Below are positions 45,534 to 57,220 of a stretch of DNA of 64,000 bases, one piece after another. A program made the position numbers and the translations under genes. Within the stretch, counting starts at the first letter, position 1; each line of letters starts with the position of its first letter. The notes under the pieces were generated by a model, which saw nothing but the letters and a program-made list of their open reading frames with translations, was not told where the DNA came from and made no database searches. The stretch lies in NCBI GenBank assembly GCA_000091205.1, contig AP006496.2, one strand, 5' to 3'. Source of the stretch: Cyanidioschyzon merolae. Lineage: Eukaryota.

Positions 45534-46295
45534 ATGTTTTTGGCCCAGACAAGTCCGGCGCCAAGTCGTGTGGCTGCCCTGCGTCCTTCAACCAGTTCAG
45601 AGAGGAAGCAGCATTCCTGGGTGGCTGCGGGAGCACCTTCTCAGAGGCTGTTCAGCAGCTGCAGCGGCGAACGCACGGAACGGCCTGCGTCTGCGCTTCC
45701 GTCGTCTGGTGCAACGACTGGAGCGCTGCACTGGACCCGGCGCTCGCTGATTCAAACAACGCTGTTGTTGGCTGCGGGCTGTGTGGCGGGTTCACCTGCT
45801 CTCGCGGAGAAGGCGACAGCGGAAGCACCAGCAGTTCCGCGGGACGTTCGCAACCAGCTCGAGCTGTACGTGGATCTTCAGCGCGGTTACAAGATGTATC
45901 GCCCGAAGGGCTGGAACGAGTTTGACGGAGACCCAGGGAATACGAAATACGAGAAAAAATTCCAAGACATCATTCAGCCCCTGGAGTTTGTGACCGTGTT
46001 CTCGATCCCTGTGAAACCGGGTAAAACGCTGGCGAGCCTCGGCGATGCGGAAGCTGTCGGGAAGCGTCTTGCGGAGCAGCGCGGCGCAACGCTTGTCGCT
46101 GCCAACCAGAAGGAGTCGGACGGTATTCTTTACTACGTGTTCGAGTACGTGCGAGAGCCTGCACATCAGCTGAGTCTGCTAACGATCAACCGCGGCCGCT
46201 TGTTCAGCGTGAACGCCTGTGCGAGTGAGGCGAGATGGAAAAGGCTGGAAAAGCTCCTGCGAGCAGTTGTTGATAGCTTCGTCCCACAGCTCTAG
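45534..46295 (+). CDS. PsbP-domain protein (PSII oxygen-evolving-complex PsbP-like) with a transit peptide and a twin-arginine thylakoid-lumen signal.
   Basis: LELYVDLQRGYKMYRPKGWNEFDGDPGNTKYEKKFQDIIQPLEFVTVF...GILYYVFEY. RR motif TRRSLIQTTLLLAAGCVAGSPALA. First ATG at 45534. Confidence 0.7.
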   Translation: MFLAQTSPAPSRVAALRPSTSSERKQHSWVAAGAPSQRLFSSCSGERTERPASALPSSGATTGALHWTRRSLIQTTLLLAAGCVAGSPALAEKATAEAPAVPRDVRNQLELYVDLQRGYKMYRPKGWNEFDGDPGNTKYEKKFQDIIQPLEFVTVFSIPVKPGKTLASLGDAEAVGKRLAEQRGATLVAANQKESDGILYYVFEYVREPAHQLSLLTINRGRLFSVNACASEARWKRLEKLLRAVVDSFVPQL

Positions 46296-46452
46296 GTCGT
46301 AACAGAGAGCTGTGGCTTCTATCGTAGACTGATCCACGCGGCAGCGTCTAAGATCCGAGGGGTTTAGGATTGGCGTCTAAACGGTATCCAGGGGTCGTTC
46401 GTCAGCGCCTATGGACTAGATTGTGGTTGTTTGTGGCAGGCGCGAAAACGTC

Positions 46453-46758
46453 TCAGTCCTCAGATCCGATCCGTGCCAGGGTGCTGTCCGTTGTCCCCAG
46501 GGAGGCGGCAGCGAGTGAGCGCTCATTGGCGCCGCTGGCGAGCCGCTGAAACTCCCGACGAGCGTCAGCATACGCCATACCCATACCGATGCCGCTGCCG
46601 AGTCCAGCGATGCCGGCGCGGGCGTGTCCACCGCGAAAGAGAAGCAGTCCAAGCGCACCGCCAGCGGCGAGCCCGTACACCGCCCACTTGATGCCAGTCT
46701 CGAGCGCACGGTCCCATGCATCCGCGAGAACCTGCTCTGAAGGTGAATAGTCTCGCAT
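46453..46758 (-). CDS. MICOS subunit Mic10-like small membrane protein.
   Basis: GxGxGxG-type glycine motif GIAGLGSGIGMGMAY after a first TM segment WAVYGLAAGGALGLLLF. About 100 aa. Confidence 0.5.
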   Translation of the reverse strand: MRDYSPSEQVLADAWDRALETGIKWAVYGLAAGGALGLLLFRGGHARAGIAGLGSGIGMGMAYADARREFQRLASGANERSLAAASLGTTDSTLARIGSED

Positions 46759-49537
46759 GGCGACTTAAAAGCCTTGCCTCTGAACCAGTGCTTGTCCAGG
46801 TTTTACGAAATGCACTGCAAGCACTCGAACAGCGTTCGCACACACACACACACACACAAGCGCTGACACGCGCTGGTGAGGCAGCACGTCGCTCGTACGA
46901 CGCGTTCGCCGGGCGCCGCCTGCAGCGCGTTCGGCGGCAGCCTGCCACGGAGGCAGTCATCGATGAGGTCGTCGACACCCTGGTCAATGTGAAATGGAAC
47001 AGGTCTTCTCATTGTTACGTACGTACCATAGGCATGTGTCTTTTTAAAGGGTCATTCACATCAACGTTCGTGGGCATAGTGTGTGATTGTTTCCTTCTTC
47101 TCCTTCTGATCCGCGGTTTTGCCTCCAGCTCTGGTGTCAGCGGTCTGAGGATATTGATGAAGGCCGTAGTCGGGTCCCGATTTCACGGTATGCAGTTCAT
47201 GTCAACGCATTTCATGCACACATGGTCGTTGTGGTCGACGCTCCTCTTGCCGTTATCATTTTCATTGTATGAAGCATCGGTGCGCGCATCGTTGCGCTGG
47301 CACCATGCTGTGGTCGTCTGCTTTCATATACAGCCACGACACTGGATGCATCGAGATTCACGCTGTGGTGGATGACGGCTTCAGCAAACGCTTGGTTCAT
47401 GCCCTTGACAGGTAAAGCTGGCGCTCATCGATACCGTCATCTGTTTCCGGGCCGGGTATCATTCGCCAGGAACACAGGCTCGTGCTGGGCGACGCAGTTG
47501 GCGCGTACGCTGTCTGCTGCTCACGCATGCAGATGCTGCTCCATTCGAGGGAGGATTTTTGGAATGCGATGTTGCTCATAATGACATAGGTACCGGAAGG
47601 AAAATTCGGGCTGTAGCACAAGCCGGGAAATTTGAATCCGCCTAATTTCCATTGGAAAAGATCGCTACAATGACTGAAATCCGTGTTCAAGCCCCCTTTT
47701 CCATGCAAACAGAAGAGGTGGCAGCCTCTGAGCGTATATCCAGTCAGAGGATTCTTGCTAATGCAGTCGAATGGCGTTTCTCTCGTAGCCGCAAAGCGAG
47801 ACGGATTTGTCTTTCGATTCAAAATCGATTCAGTGGCGTGACAATTTCAGTGAACATACGACATGAGCAGCTGGCCAAGTCGTCCGGGGACAGCGTCGAG
47901 GATTTTTCGTCGCCAGGCCGGCAGCTCGAATTGTTGCGCCCACGAGATGCCCTGGAACAGACAGATCGGAAACTTGAAGAACATGTGATTCAAGCATCTG
48001 GTATCGAAGATACGGCGAAGAATGGAGCGTTCTGAATATGAATTGGGCCACGATATGGGTCGCTGGAGAGAGCCAGGTTCGCGTGCGTCGCGAATCATGC
48101 TGATCACGACGACGTACCGTGTGGTAGCGGCAAAGTGTCGCACGAACGGGCCACTCCGATAACACGACCGAGAATTCTCAGGCTACGTGCGAGTCCGTAA
48201 AGCGTCATTCGCGAACCAAGAATGTCAACGGTGTACATATAGAAAAAAGTACGAGGAAATTCGCCTGGCAGGTACAGAGCGAACAGTTCAGTTTTCCATT
48301 TTAATCTGGCACAGGTGCAGCACTGGATAATCGATGAGCCTGATTGAACTTTTTCAGCTGCGCGCACCAAGTCCTCGACTCTTTTGCAAGCACTTGTACG
48401 TTCTACCATCTTCAGCGCAGTGTTCCGCGATGGACTAACAACCCGGTCTATGGAACTCTAGCGCCCGAAACCTCTGCGCATAGCGTTCCGCGCGATCACC
48501 ATATCCTTCTGGAGCTGGCGGGCAGTGCATGTGCTCCTCGCGTTCTACCAGAGCGTCTCTGCTGCTATGCAAGCGAATTCGCAACACAAACATGAACAAA
48601 ATCAAAACACAACTTTACTTGTAGCTCCATACCGAATACCAACATACGGGGTCTTTCGGCGGCATTTCACAAGCCAGTTCGAAGCGTAGACGTACAAGAC
48701 TGATGTCGACGAGCGTCGCCGCTCGTTGCAGCGCCCACATTACCAACGCACTGGATCACCTTAGCGCGTCGGTTGTGACGCCCCTCGGGGTAAACCAGAA
48801 ATGGTTTCTCGACTAGAATCACGAGACATAGCAGCGAAGTGACGGATGTTGGGATTCAGCAGCGCGCCCCACCTGAGCACGGTACCCGCACGCGATCGTG
48901 CACCCCAAGCCGCGGCGACTCGCAGCACATCAGGGCTAGTGCTCGTTCGAGGCGTGATTTGCTTACGGGCTTGCAAGCCATACTCATATCCTACCAGTTG
49001 TCTCCGTTCATCTCATGTGTTTATGGTTGGTTAGGTTTCGCAAGTATTGCTGCGAACGCGAGCAGAGCGCCTCATTCGCATATGTGCCTGCTCTAGTCTG
49101 CGACACCGAGGATCGGCACAGATATGGGAAAAGATTCACGATCGACTGGCCCGACTGCCAGACTCGCAAACGACATGGCATTCGACATTAGTGCACTGGA
49201 ATCTCTTCACCGGTTACCGAACATATCCGAGCTACCTCGTAAACCAGGTTCATTTCATCATGAGTACACCAGCATCGAAAAGCGCCTGCGTGAACGAATC
49301 AGGTCGTTCGGGTGTCCAGCGCGACGATCGCCGTACCGGCGTTGCGAGGCGTTCCTTGCGTCGCCGCGACCGCAACAGCAACAGCAAAAGCAAACAACCT
49401 TACGTCTGCCTAGGGGCCTACGCTAGGGCCATTGATAGGGAACCGCGAGCCTCCCTTACCGTGACGCTGCCGCTCGACGTGTACGTGTGCGCAAACTCTG
49501 CCTTGCCGCGTGGTCGAGACCCTGATCCCTGTTCGGA

Positions 49538-49924
49538 ATGGTCGCGGATCGGTGCCCTGTCGGGGCGTCGCTAATGCGCAAGCTCGGTTGGTCAGAGGGC
49601 AAGGGTCTCGGTGCTCTCGAACAGGGCCGCCAGAAACCTTTATTGGCACAGCCGAAGTTCGATACCTGTGGCATTGGCGCCAAGGCCTCGGACGCAGCAC
49701 CCGCAGACCTGAGCATCGTTTTGTCCCAGCTGCCAACCTGGGTAGAACCGCTCCAGACAGAGGTTATGGACGACACGAGTAAGCTCTCGCTCGATGACGT
49801 TTTTCGCAAGCTCCACGAGAGACGTCACAGAATGAAGAAAACGAAACGGGACAGACGGAAACGGGATAAGCTGGGAACGCACCAAGCAGCGACACCTGCC
49901 AAGCGACCAAAGAGCGAACGATAG
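49538..49924 (+). CDS. G-patch domain protein with a C-terminal basic (KR-rich) tail.
   Basis: LMRKLGWSEGKGLGALEQGRQKPLLAQPKFDTCGIG matches the G-patch consensus. Confidence 0.65.
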   Translation: MVADRCPVGASLMRKLGWSEGKGLGALEQGRQKPLLAQPKFDTCGIGAKASDAAPADLSIVLSQLPTWVEPLQTEVMDDTSKLSLDDVFRKLHERRHRMKKTKRDRRKRDKLGTHQAATPAKRPKSER

Positions 49925-51192
49925 CACCCGCGCGCGCTTCGGTGCCCTAAACATAAAGCGATTGATAGGACGCTGAGGTGACTGGCCTCTGGTACGCGCG
50001 AAGCCTATGCACGACTTGGCCTTGAAGGGCGTAGCGAGGACGCGCCGACGAATCATCATGCCTGAACGAGCGACACGAGGCTTTGCGCGGCTTTGCTGGT
50101 GGACGCGACGTCGACCAGGAGCGCACGGTCTGCACCCGAGCCATGCGGTCGTCGCTCAAGGGGGATCAGCGGGAGGTTTCCGAACATCACTGGTCTGTGT
50201 ATGCGGAAGCAGGAAAGTCGCGTGGTCGATCGGGGTCTGCTGCAGGGCGTGGAGTGCATCTCGCAGTGGGCAGGCGTCTCGATGACGGCGCCGGCGTCGA
50301 ATACCGGTGCAGCGGCACATCGGCAAGCGTTCTCGCAAAAGCACCGCTGTACACCTGCCCAGGAGCATCGCTTCATCCATTCAGGATTTGCTTCCACCGC
50401 TGATTGTAAAACAACGAGCAATGGTATCAAGTGACGCACTAGGCCTTGCGAGGCTTTCGAATCGGCGCTCGTATGGAAGATGCGGCGGGGCGTCGGGCTC
50501 ACGATTCGAAGGGGTGGTACGACTTCGGCACATGTCCAGCTTGAACATGTACCTGTCGCTATTCTCGGCCGCCGCGGGGTCGTTATAGTAAGGAAACTTC
50601 TGAAGCGGGTCCTCGTGGTGCTCGACGGCGCACAGTTTTGACTGATTTTCTACCGTCGACTTGGCACGGATAGCGTTGCAGAGCGCAGAGGTGTCCCTGG
50701 ACAGATGCTGCGTTGCTGATCGGTTACGGATTCCCGAGCACGCGAACGTTAAACAACCGAATCGGTTCGCTGTTGAGAGTCTGTGGAAAAACGACACGTC
50801 CTTGGAACTTTAGCGCGCTCATCAATATGCCCGCAGGGCGTGAAGCGCGTTCATCTGAGCAAAAGCACGGGGGCAATCGACGCCTGTTTGCTGCGTTACC
50901 ACATCTCTGTTTGAGCTGACGATTCCTCTGCTCGTGATGCTTGCAAGGCGTCGCGCTTCGCACTCGGGATAGGATTGCCCTGGGGCAAACACCGCATCGT
51001 GCAGCATAACAATACCAAAGCATGTTGCCTCTAGAGCAGCTGGCTATTGCGCGTACGTATCGCACGGTGCTCAGTACAGCTAGGATTTCACGTCGGAGCG
51101 TATGCCTTGAGTGCGCTGCATCATGGCTCTGAGCCTTCTCCGACTGTGCACTCCAGGGACCTGACCGTATGGATAACCTGGTCACGCAGCGC

Positions 51193-51909
51193 TCATGTGC
51201 ACTCGTTGTCGTTAGCGTCGGCCTTGGTGGTGTCTCGCGACGTGGTTTGTGGTTCGTTTCGTGGTACGCGGCCGGCGCGCGGGCTCCGTTTCGGGGCTGC
51301 AGTCCGCCGAAGATGCACAACCCTTCCAGATACCAGGGCCACAACCGGCGTTCGATGCCTGTTTACCGCCTCTTGCAGGGCTTTCAGCAACTCCTCATTC
51401 TCATACGTTTCGTCGTCGTCGTCGTCGTTATCATCATCATCGCCTTCGAGTTCCTCGTCGAGCTCGTCGCGAAGGGCGTCCAAGCTCAGCTCCGGCCAGC
51501 CGCTCGTCTCGTCGCGGATCTGCGCCAGCCATGCTTCCAGGGCGGCTCGGTCGCCGTCGACGTCGGAGCCCAACTCCCCGGTTTTGAAGGACGGCAGCTC
51601 CCGCCCGCCAGTTTCCGTAGAGTGGTGCTCGTGGTCGCTCCCGTCGACGACGTCGCTGGTGGACAGCCCCCAGTGCCAACGTCCGCGTCCTTCACCGAAC
51701 AGCGGTGCGGAGCTCGTGTGCCACTCGGAGCGACCGAGCGTGCTACGTTGAAGATGTCCCACAGCGGCGATGCGTCCAAGTGTCAGTTGACCTTGAAGGT
51801 ACGGCAGGTGCCGCGCCGTCAACATCGTCCACTCGCGCAGTGCGTAGCCTGTAGCCCGCTGTGACTCTCGGCGCAGGAGCGCCCGCACAACAGCGGCGAG
51901 GGAAGCCAT
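51193..51909 (-). CDS. Hypothetical protein with an acidic D/E tract.
   Basis: ORF of 238 aa with a real ATG. No recognised domain. Confidence 0.3.
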   Translation of the reverse strand: MASLAAVVRALLRRESQRATGYALREWTMLTARHLPYLQGQLTLGRIAAVGHLQRSTLGRSEWHTSSAPLFGEGRGRWHWGLSTSDVVDGSDHEHHSTETGGRELPSFKTGELGSDVDGDRAALEAWLAQIRDETSGWPELSLDALRDELDEELEGDDDDNDDDDDETYENEELLKALQEAVNRHRTPVVALVSGRVVHLRRTAAPKRSPRAGRVPRNEPQTTSRDTTKADANDNECT

Positions 51910-52791
51910 GTGAAAAAAGCGCCCCCGTTGCTGTACCGGGCGTCAAGCAGGTTCTAGCCCGGCCTCGAGCTTGGCTATCAGGTACTAGACAACGCTTCTG
52001 CGAACGTTTGTTCCAACCACACGCCACCAACCGGACGGAATGGTGTGAGAATTTGGGCGCTGCGATTCTCGCTCTGCGCCTCGCATCGGTATACGGTCCC
52101 GCTGCTGCTCGCGTACGCGTTCGAGTGGTACGGTATTGGATAGATTATTCTTATTTGTACAGTTATGTACCTCACGGATGGAGCGAACGTGCATGCGTGC
52201 CGAATTTCTGTGGTGCGCAGGCTGGTTGAGAGCGCAAGCGGTTATCCTTAGGTGCGCGATGTTTACCGGCATCCAGGGAAGCATACATCATGCCGCATCA
52301 GACCTCCAAGTAGCGCTAGGTACCAGCGTCTCGGACGGAACCTAGGGATCGTGTTTCACTCAAAAGAATTTACGGGCGCCGAACTTGGCTTGAGTCCCTT
52401 GAACAGCGCGTGTACGATGGACGTGAATGCCGAACGGAAACAGAACGTCTCTGTGGTACCCCTGCGGGTGCCCGCTCGCCGAGTCGTGTCACCGCTGCCG
52501 CGACCTGGTCGGAGCCGCGACGCATCGCTCTGTTGGCATTCACAGGGATTTTACGGATCCCTTTTCAGAGGCTAGGTTTCGTCAAACCAAACAACAGCAC
52601 AGGAGGTATGGATCCTTGTTCCGTGTCAACGTTTTTCCAAACTAAAAAACAGCATGGCGTCGCGGCAATCGCCCTCGTTCGAGACGCCCGCATTCCCCCG
52701 TCACGTACGTCAGTGCGCGCGACGCGCCGCTCCAGACACATCTTGCGCCTTTTGCCATCAAGGGTGAAACGTGAAGGGGGTATTGTATTTT

Positions 52792-55317
52792 ATGGCGGAT
52801 ACATCAGATAACATCGGAAGAGAAGCTTCAATTTCGTTGCATCAGGGCATTCAGACAAGAGAGGGCGCCCAAGAGCTGCCTTTTTCAGCGGAAGACTTGC
52901 TTCAAGGACGTACAAGGGGCACTAGCCCCGGCACTGGGTCGCTGGAGAGCAATTCACCCGACGTGACGCCGGACGACGCGGACGACAAAAAGGACCGTAA
53001 CCACGCGAAACTTTTCACGGGTGCATCCACAAGGACGCAACTGAGGCTAGCTCGTTGCCGCAAGGCAATTAGTTTGGAGTTTCACAACATCCACTACAAG
53101 GTTCCTCTCCGGCGACCGCCGCCGCCACGGAGCCGTTGGGAGCGCTACGTCACCCGGCCGTTGCGTTCCTTCTTGCCCGCATCCATCTCCGAGCGTACGT
53201 ACGGAAGCGTTGAGCTTCTGCACGGCATCAGCGGCATCGTTCGACCCGGAGAATTTTGCGCTATTCTGGGCGGCTCGGGGGCAGGGAAAACCACGCTGTT
53301 GAACGCTCTCGCCGGTCGATCGGCGGTACCCATATCGGAAGGCTCGATCCTGTTTAATGGGAGACCGCGAACCCATGCGACGAGACGCCTTATCGGCTAT
53401 GTCATGCAGGACGACATTTTCTTCAGCAATCTGACTGTTGGACAGACGCTCCAGTTCACGGCCGACATCCGGTTGCCACGAACCATGTCTGCCCAGGAGA
53501 AGCGGGAACGCGTCGATGAGGTGCTGCAGTTCCTTAATTTATCAAAGGCAAAAGACACGATCATTGGTGACCAGCAGTTCCGCAAAGGCATCAGCGGTGG
53601 TGAGCGGAAGCGAACCAATATTGCGGAAACGCTGCTGACGAATCCATCGCTTCTGCTTCTGGATGAGCCGACCAGCGGTCTCGATTCAACAACTGCGCTG
53701 GCAGTAGTGCGGCTGCTAAAGGATCTAGCGATCACTGAAGGGCGCACCGTCATCGCGACAATCCACCAGCCGAGCTCCATCATGTGGGCTGAATTCGACA
53801 AGGTTCTGCTTCTCGCGGAAGGCAGTGTGGTCTACTTTGGACAAGCCAGAGATGCGACGGATTATTTTGAGAAGCAAGGTTTCCGTCTGCCCTACGGGTA
53901 CAACCCGGCGGATTACCTGCTGGACTTGCTCGTGAGCGGCGTGCACAGTGGAGGTCGGATGACCGAGGAGCGGTGGACCACAGTTCCGGATCAGGTTCGG
54001 TGGGAGACTCGACGCCTTTTCGGTGGTCTCGATCAGTTCGAAGACCCGTCCATGTATCCAGTAGAGAACGACTATAACTTAACTGCATCGATGGTGCTCC
54101 GAGCGGCTTGGCGGCTGCACGAGGAGGAAATGCTTGCACGCGAACGGAAACTGTACGAGGAAAGAATTCGCGAGCATTCCACAATCGCTCGAGCTGCAGA
54201 TGCCTCCAAACGAGAAATGGAACGCGCAGCAAACGACGTTGAGCGGACGCGACCAACAGAGTCGCTGCGCAATGTGCTGCACAGAATCCGCTCGCACCTT
54301 CCAACAGGTCCGGATCGTCAAACAGCGCGCACCAACGACGACGACGAGAACAACCACGTCGTAATCAAGCTAGATTCAGCTATCAATGAGTTCGATGAAG
54401 ACGATACCGCGGAACTGGAAGAGATCGAACGACACAAGTATCCAGTTTCATGGCTGCAGCAGTTCCGCGCACTAGCTATCCGCGCTATGCATCAGCGAAA
54501 GGGTGTCTTGTTTACGTTCCCAACGCTTATCCAGTGCGTCATTATATCGGTGCTAGTGATGCTAATCTGGATCAATTCACCGAACAACGCGAATGGCATT
54601 CATCAGCGTTTCGGTCTGGCGTTCTTTTCGGGAATATTCTGGGCGTTCTTCGCGCTCTTCAACAGCATCACCTCGTTCCCGTCAGAGCGGGCGGTGCTCG
54701 CCAAAGACCGATCCTCCGGTAGCTACATGCTGTCCGCGTATTTTCTCGCCAAGACATCCGTGGAGAGCCCACTCGAGCTCATCTACCCATACCTATACAT
54801 ACTCATTGTTTATTTCGCCACGGATCTGCAACGAACGGCCCGAGCGTTCTTCCTTTTCGTGATCCTGCTCTCGCTCTTGACGCTCGTTGCGCAGTCCATG
54901 GGCTACTGGATCAGCAGCATGGTGATGGAGTTCAAACAAGCTCAGGTTATCGCGTCCATCTGGATGCTGGCTTCGATGCTGGTCGCTGGTTTCTATATCA
55001 GCGAATCGCAGATTCCGGTGTGGATCCGATGGATTCGTTATGTGTCCTTTGTATACTACGGTTACGTGGGTCTTGTGATGAATGAATTCCAGGGCTCGAC
55101 GTACGCATGTGTTAGCGACAGCTCCACGGCCAAGTCGTACCCGTCATGCGCGCAATCGCCGCCGCAACCCATCACCCCGCACGAGGTCTATCAGGCATAC
55201 AGTGTGAACACAGTGTTCGGCATCGGAGGGAGTATCGGCATGTTGATCATGTTTCTCGTCGTTTTGCGATTTTTCGCGTATTTGAGTTTGAAGTACATTC
55301 AAGCTGTACGCAAGTGA
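52792..55317 (+). CDS. ABC transporter, G subfamily (White/ABCG half-transporter: NBD followed by ABC-2 TMD).
   Basis: Walker A GGSGAGKTTL, signature ISGGERKR, Walker B LLLLDEPTSGLD. C-terminal 6-TM ABC2 domain. An insert of about 200 aa lies between NBD and TMD. First ATG at 52792. Confidence 0.9.
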   Translation: MADTSDNIGREASISLHQGIQTREGAQELPFSAEDLLQGRTRGTSPGTGSLESNSPDVTPDDADDKKDRNHAKLFTGASTRTQLRLARCRKAISLEFHNIHYKVPLRRPPPPRSRWERYVTRPLRSFLPASISERTYGSVELLHGISGIVRPGEFCAILGGSGAGKTTLLNALAGRSAVPISEGSILFNGRPRTHATRRLIGYVMQDDIFFSNLTVGQTLQFTADIRLPRTMSAQEKRERVDEVLQFLNLSKAKDTIIGDQQFRKGISGGERKRTNIAETLLTNPSLLLLDEPTSGLDSTTALAVVRLLKDLAITEGRTVIATIHQPSSIMWAEFDKVLLLAEGSVVYFGQARDATDYFEKQGFRLPYGYNPADYLLDLLVSGVHSGGRMTEERWTTVPDQVRWETRRLFGGLDQFEDPSMYPVENDYNLTASMVLRAAWRLHEEEMLARERKLYEERIREHSTIARAADASKREMERAANDVERTRPTESLRNVLHRIRSHLPTGPDRQTARTNDDDENNHVVIKLDSAINEFDEDDTAELEEIERHKYPVSWLQQFRALAIRAMHQRKGVLFTFPTLIQCVIISVLVMLIWINSPNNANGIHQRFGLAFFSGIFWAFFALFNSITSFPSERAVLAKDRSSGSYMLSAYFLAKTSVESPLELIYPYLYILIVYFATDLQRTARAFFLFVILLSLLTLVAQSMGYWISSMVMEFKQAQVIASIWMLASMLVAGFYISESQIPVWIRWIRYVSFVYYGYVGLVMNEFQGSTYACVSDSSTAKSYPSCAQSPPQPITPHEVYQAYSVNTVFGIGGSIGMLIMFLVVLRFFAYLSLKYIQAVRK

Positions 55318-55765
55318 GGCCGCAGCATTTGGCGCCATCATTGCTGGTCTAGCGGCCATGCTCCCCGCGCCTGAACCCTATAGCACTGTACTGACTCGTG
55401 CACTGCCGGATATTGGAACGCATCCTAGATCATCGATAAAAGACACGGATATAGTGAGGAGTCGCAAGCGTTCCTTCAAGGGCATGACGCTGGAGCGATG
55501 CCCCATCGCGCGGCAGCGGGTATGCGCTCAGCGAGCGTTCGCAGCGGCAGCCGCACGACCACGGGCAGCGTTCCATCACCAGGTCGTTTCCAGTGCTCCC
55601 TTTCCACGGCTTTCATACCCAAGCGCACTTGATCAAGGCCCTGTCTCGCGTTGGCATCACCCGGTTAACCGAGAGCTTGGCTGGGGCGTCTCCGACTGAT
55701 GGCCTATTCCCGGCGTCAAGGCGCCGGCGCGCGTCGAAGATAGCGTCTTACTATCGAAAAGCCGC

Positions 55766-56041
55766 CTAGTCAGACGAAACCCAGCTCTCTTCCGATTTCT
55801 TTGATCCTGCGTTTGCATCTGAAGTAGTGGGTGCCGCTTCTTTCACATCTAGTGCGCGTTGTTTTTTCCGTTGCCGCCACGCACGCAGATGCGTCAGCTC
55901 GTCGGTAGTACTCCACAAGTCTGGCTCCTTCGTGTCCTGATTTTGGGCTCGACGCTTCAACAGCTCCCGTTTAAGCCTTTTCTGCTTAAACGGTAAACGC
56001 CCTGTGCGAGAAACTTTACTGATCTTTGCGGACTTTCCCAT
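55766..56041 (-). CDS. Small Lys/Arg-rich protein, unknown; nuclear or nucleolar type.
   Basis: MGKSAKISKVSRTGRLPFKQKRLKRELLKRR... from a real ATG. Confidence 0.3.
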   Translation of the reverse strand: MGKSAKISKVSRTGRLPFKQKRLKRELLKRRAQNQDTKEPDLWSTTDELTHLRAWRQRKKQRALDVKEAAPTTSDANAGSKKSEESWVSSD

Positions 56042-56984
56042 GAACGAAACGCAGCGGATAATTGCGTTGGGCGTGCGCTGCTGTCGCCGCATGCACGCCA
56101 TGTGCTCTGCGATACAGAAGAAACGTAAGAAAAGAAAAATGCGCATCATCGGAGAACGCTGGCCTAAGTAACCGTTTTGTCCATGAAAAAAAATGCCCTC
56201 TGCGATATGCCTTCGATGCCGCGCTGCTGTTCGATTTTCACCGCGTACACACAAACAAACAAACATACACACACACGTGTGGATACAGGGACCATGCGCG
56301 TTTGCCTGTTCTTCGCTTCAGTCTATGCATGAGAGGAACGATATCGTCCAGCATGGGTCCTGACAGATGGTTCCTGGAAGCGATAAGCGGTGGCAAGGAA
56401 CTGATGACCGCTGAACTCTTTATTGTCCTGCAAATGGCATTCCAGATTGCGCATCGCCTCGTGCGTGCTATGCCGCATGGATGCTACTGTTCGGGAGATG
56501 TGCCGTGCTACGCGCTGCAATGAAAGGTCTTCTCGTGATCGGTGTTTGTCCGGTACCAGCAATGCTTTCATGAATCGTTGATACAAGTTGCAGTCCAGTG
56601 CACAGAGGTTCTGCCGCCTCTGATCGTTTCCGCTTGTATCTCTCGGGAGTGCGACGTGGAGGCGCACAGCCCGGGTCTCCGAGCGCTCATCGAGATTCCC
56701 GCCAGTAGCGTCCAGGGAAACGCGACTCTCCCGACCAAGCGACCACCCCGCTGCATGCCCGCTTGTATATCTGGACGGCATATCAATGCACAGGACGGCG
56801 TGATCGAAGAGGCAGCGTCGAAAGCCGTGCCCGCTTTCACGCTGAGATCACTCGAGGCGCCGGGGAACATACGGCCTCGTGCCGATGCCCCTAGAAGCAC
56901 CACAATGCCGTTCTGGCTCGGTGCAGCGACCACAGCTGCACATCCAGTATCGTCGCAAGCGCCTGCGATACGCCCAGCACGTGC

Positions 56985-57110
56985 AAAATGACCGGAACGG
57001 ACGGATCTCTATACCTATGGAGAAACGTGGCGCGGGGCCTCACGTGGAAAATGACCGGAACGCACAGATCTCTATACCTATGGAGAAACGTGGCGCGGGC
57101 CCTCTAGACT
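56985..57110. repeat. Direct repeat of 63 bp, 2 copies.
   Basis: aaaatgaccggaacg(g/c)ac(g/a)gatctctatacctatggagaaacgtggcgcggg. Confidence 0.85.
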
Positions 57111-57220
57111 GCAGCAGCGCCCGTGCGTGTACGGAGATCCTTTTCCTGGGTGAGCGCAGCATGTGCGTATCCGCGGCATCCAGTATGTTCCGTGGATCTC
57201 GCACTACCAGGAATCACCCA

